From positions 1 through 36,290 of the IMG/VR virus record IMGVR_UViG_3300017747_001556: DNA of 36,290 bases, one strand, 5' to 3'. Under the pieces are notes generated by a model. The model had not been told where the DNA came from, did not search any database, and saw only the letters and a list, made by a program, of their open reading frames with translations. Source of the DNA: a virus (Duplodnaviria; Caudoviricetes). Positions 32,987 to 36,290 of this stretch are shown one piece after another; position 1 is the first letter of the stretch; each line of letters opens with the position of its first letter. Both the position numbers and the translations under genes were made by a program.

Positions 32987-33013
32987 ATTTTTGTCTCTAA
33001 ATCTTCTCATTTT

Positions 33014-35545
33014 ATGGCTATAGATATTCGTCTTTATTTTGATTGTGCTTCAAAGGAGACATACGTTAGTGACTATACTAATTACGAAAGTAATGATTTC
33101 CCTGCTGGATTAACAGTTTCTAATAGCGGATCATTATTTGACCCCAATAATACAAGTGTGTTTCTTGAAAACCCTTTAATTACGGTTAATGTAAATCAAT
33201 TCCCAAATAATTCAGATTCTTTTCCATTACCAACATTGCTTGGTGCTTCTGGAAATATAGTCCCTGGAAATTATACGTTTAATTACACCAATACATATAA
33301 TTGGGAAAGTGTAGCTGAAGATAGACCTTTAGAATTTGGCACTAATTACGTTAAGATTCCTACTATAAATTTAGCTACTATTTGGGCTGTTGGTGATTCT
33401 TTCACTATTGCAGACGCAACAGAAACTGCAAATAATGGAACTTTTGTAATTACAGATATTCAGTATCAATCAAATACGAATACAACTTTTATTTTTGTAG
33501 CTGCTGATACTTTTGTATCTACAGGTGGTGATACTGATGCTACGGCAACAATTTCTCTTACTAAAGTACAAGTTATTTATTCTAACAAAGTATATACTTA
33601 TACTAATTGCACTACTGTTACTCCTTGTGTCACTGCTAATTACGATTGTACTTCTACTCCATTTGGAAATATTACATTTGAAAATAGCACCACAATGCCT
33701 ACTGGTGTTGTAGCTACAAGTAGTGACTTTACAATTTACTATCCAAACGGATTAGATTTTACAGCGTCTCCAAATCCTGCATATAACGATGAAAACCCTA
33801 TAATTGCTAATAGTGTAAATTCAGTTTACATTAGTACATTAGCTACAGGTACATGGAGTGCTAAATTGGTTTTAAACACCTCTCAGACTCAAAATGACGG
33901 ATTGATATTGATTAACTCATCTTCTGTTGTTAAAGAGTTTAATGTAAGCTGCACAAGTAATATGTGTGGATTGTCAAGTTGCTTGACCAAGTTGAAGGAT
34001 CGTCACATCTCTTACCTGAAGTCATCTTCTGTTAGTCCATTGCAGCAATATGTTGACAATGTTCAGTTGTTGTACACTATGGCTAAAGAGGCTCAGGCTT
34101 GTGGAGATAAGAATACTTATGAGAAGTATATTGCAGAGATTTTTGAGGTTGTTAAGCAAACCGACACTAGTTGTGGTTGTGGATGCTCTGGCTCTTGTTC
34201 TGGTTCTTGCTCTTGCGGAGATTGCAGTAGCGATTGTGGATGCGGAGAGACTGGACCTACTTGGGTAAACAATACAGGTATTAATATCAATAGTTTGCTT
34301 GAAGATTTAGCAGATGTTCCTGCTCAAATTGCAGCGTTGGAAGCTTCTGTGGGTAATTTGATTACTGATGTAGGAGACTTAAATTCATGGACTGGTATTG
34401 AAAACTGGCAGGAAGGCGCTCCAAGTTTTTATGAAATGTTTGAAACCCTTCAATCTTCAACTAGTAATTTAGTACCAGAGGTAGAAGGTAACACATTAGA
34501 TATATCAGTTTTGCAAGCAGAAGTTGCTGATTTGCAAGAGCAAGTAGCGAACCTAGGCGCTTCAACAAGTGAGGTTTCTGTTTACGAGTTGATGACTAAT
34601 GATGGGTCAAAACAATCAGCTTGGAACGCAACTTTAGGAACGGCTTTTAGTTCTCTTATTTATGAAATTTCTATTACTGGAGATGTTGGTGAGTATATTT
34701 TTGAAAATGATTACTTATCTTTCTACAATCCAACTACTTCATCTTGGTTCTACGGACAAGTTTCTGAGGTGTCATTTAGTGGAGGGTCTACAATAGTGAC
34801 CATTTCTTTTAATAATACATCAACTTATTCTGTTGGAGCTTCTTGGCAAGACTCAAGTATTGATTTCCCTGTATATAAAGGCGATTCAACTACAGGAGAG
34901 TATAATTTCACTAATGCACTTAATTTAGAAAATGATGCGTATTGGAAGTTTGAAGATGTTAATTATAAATACTGGAGTAAGATTAAAGCTTCTTTTGTAG
35001 TTAACGAGCCTTATTACGAAGGTACTGTTCAACCAATATTAATTAATAATTCGACAGCTAATAAATCAATTACATTAAGAGATTTACCATGTGGTTCTTT
35101 TGTTGATTTAGAACTTAGTTTTGAGAAACAATGGAATGGCACTGCTTATGATACTGTTACTTTGGTTGATGTTAAATACAATACAAGTACAAATATTGCT
35201 TTGTCTGAAGATTCTGAATTGTTGTTTGGTGGATATAAAGGTTTTAATCCTACATTCTCTTATGGAGTAGATTTATATGACGGAAGTTATGAATTTACTC
35301 TCTCAATGGATGAAAATATTATTAGCACATCTTCAGTTCAAGATGTTGTAAATTCACAGGGCGTTGAGAATACTAATAGAAAAATTAGCAGATACGCTAA
35401 GGGTCCTAGTTATCCAAATAATAGCGCAGATAACTTCTTTACTGGAGCTACTATTGAAACTATTGTTTTTAACTCAACTAACATAAATATTACTCTATTG
35501 AACATTGAGCAATCATTTGGTAAAATGCCAGTAAGTGTAGCATAA
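33014..35545 (+). CDS. Large virion protein (843 aa): beta-rich N-region, Cys cluster, coiled coil, beta-rich C-region (fibre/collar-like)
   Basis: Thr/Ser/Asn-rich; CGCGCSGSCSGSCSCGDCSSDCGC at aa 387-410; heptads QIAALEASVGNL and ISVLQAEVADLQEQVANL. Confidence 0.65.
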   Translation: MAIDIRLYFDCASKETYVSDYTNYESNDFPAGLTVSNSGSLFDPNNTSVFLENPLITVNVNQFPNNSDSFPLPTLLGASGNIVPGNYTFNYTNTYNWESVAEDRPLEFGTNYVKIPTINLATIWAVGDSFTIADATETANNGTFVITDIQYQSNTNTTFIFVAADTFVSTGGDTDATATISLTKVQVIYSNKVYTYTNCTTVTPCVTANYDCTSTPFGNITFENSTTMPTGVVATSSDFTIYYPNGLDFTASPNPAYNDENPIIANSVNSVYISTLATGTWSAKLVLNTSQTQNDGLILINSSSVVKEFNVSCTSNMCGLSSCLTKLKDRHISYLKSSSVSPLQQYVDNVQLLYTMAKEAQACGDKNTYEKYIAEIFEVVKQTDTSCGCGCSGSCSGSCSCGDCSSDCGCGETGPTWVNNTGININSLLEDLADVPAQIAALEASVGNLITDVGDLNSWTGIENWQEGAPSFYEMFETLQSSTSNLVPEVEGNTLDISVLQAEVADLQEQVANLGASTSEVSVYELMTNDGSKQSAWNATLGTAFSSLIYEISITGDVGEYIFENDYLSFYNPTTSSWFYGQVSEVSFSGGSTIVTISFNNTSTYSVGASWQDSSIDFPVYKGDSTTGEYNFTNALNLENDAYWKFEDVNYKYWSKIKASFVVNEPYYEGTVQPILINNSTANKSITLRDLPCGSFVDLELSFEKQWNGTAYDTVTLVDVKYNTSTNIALSEDSELLFGGYKGFNPTFSYGVDLYDGSYEFTLSMDENIISTSSVQDVVNSQGVENTNRKISRYAKGPSYPNNSADNFFTGATIETIVFNSTNINITLLNIEQSFGKMPVSVA

Positions 35546-35546
35546 T

Positions 35547-36290
35547 ATGAATTTACAAGAGATATTAAATAACGTATATGCGTCATTAGGAAAGGATCAA
35601 TATGGGGGTTATGTGACCCCCGAATCCTATAATGAAGCTATCAGATATGTCAACCTTGAGCAAATCAATGACTTATTAAAAGTATTTGAGGAGAAGAGGG
35701 AGATTACTGATGACTTGTTGCCATTTGTTAAAACAATAGGTGACTCAGGTTCAGTTCCTTTGAGACAAGATAACTTTGGGTATGTTGATATTCCAGAAGA
35801 CTATTGGTATTATATACGTTCTCATTTCTCTACATTTGAAGCTGAGGATTGTGACACAGCGGTATCTCAACTAAGACCTATCGAGTTCTTAAATCAAGCA
35901 GATTTTGGATATAGAATTGGTACAGAGATATTGAAGCCGACAGTTAAGCGTCCTATCGCTGCTATTCAGAACAATAAATGGTTGGTTCAGCCTGTAACTA
36001 ATCAGCCTATTGTGTTCACATATCTTCGCAAGCCTGCTGATCCTAATTACGATTACGATATTATAGATGGAGAGGTTATTTACTTACCCCCCGGAACAAA
36101 TCACGCTGATGGCTCTCCTAGCACGTCTGTAGAGTTTGAATATCCTGATTCAGTTAGATTAAACTTGATTGAATTGATCGTTAAATACTTTAGCATTAAT
36201 ATCCGTTCTGAGTTTAACTTGCAGACATTGGAGATTACTAAGGGACAAGCTGGTGCAGGTAATAGAGGAATACCGACATACGGTAACTTA
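35547..36290 (+). CDS. Head-tail adaptor/ring protein (tail tubular protein A-like), runs off the window; not in the ORF track
   Basis: MNLQEIL...KDQYGGYVTPESYN...IPEDYWY...FTYLRKPADP; open for 248 codons. Confidence 0.7.
   Translation, partial: MNLQEILNNVYASLGKDQYGGYVTPESYNEAIRYVNLEQINDLLKVFEEKREITDDLLPFVKTIGDSGSVPLRQDNFGYVDIPEDYWYYIRSHFSTFEAEDCDTAVSQLRPIEFLNQADFGYRIGTEILKPTVKRPIAAIQNNKWLVQPVTNQPIVFTYLRKPADPNYDYDIIDGEVIYLPPGTNHADGSPSTSVEFEYPDSVRLNLIELIVKYFSINIRSEFNLQTLEITKGQAGAGNRGIPTYGNL

Noticed and set aside
1-36290. Stop-codon reassignment as seen in some crAss-like phages
   Set aside because: Long genes are uninterrupted in the standard code, TAG and TGA end genes at sensible junctions, and no suppressor tRNA is visible.

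Overview
A 36.3-kb segment of a tailed dsDNA phage. The host is very probably Bacteroidota: there are many TTTG-N~20-TAnnTTTG host-sigma promoters and A-rich leaders without Shine-Dalgarno sites. The window spans what is probably the physical genome end or packaging region (about 16.3-17.1 kb). Leftward from 16.26 kb runs an early operon of small genes, including a candidate T3-type SAM lyase. It is followed by middle genes (DnaA domain-IV protein, HNH endonuclease, RecE/RecT, GroES-like protein, endonuclease I-like resolvase, Lys-rich microproteins) and ends in a cluster of non-coding RNAs (a defective tRNA-Leu-like element and two unrecognised structured RNAs). 17.1-20.4 kb (minus strand) is a replication module: an initiator with an internal 11-bp iteron array, a T7/Twinkle-type primase-helicase and a second DnaA domain-IV protein. 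From 20.58 kb rightward come an SSB-like protein, a metallophosphoesterase, a tandem GroES-like protein and a crAss-like head module (TerL, portal, scaffold, MCP, a Cys-rich fibre-like protein, a partial ring/adaptor). The most striking feature is in the early transcript. It carries an rrn-like boxA leader and is punctuated by three canonical type I hammerhead ribozymes, plus a fourth variant element. Their near-identical stem I overlaps or abuts the upstream stop codon, and each cut leaves a 21-23-nt leader on the next gene. This suggests ribozyme processing, and possibly circularisation, of early anti-defence mRNA cassettes. Copies of the initiator's iterons also recur at four distant loci. 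All protein calls come from motif recognition by eye; no searches were run.
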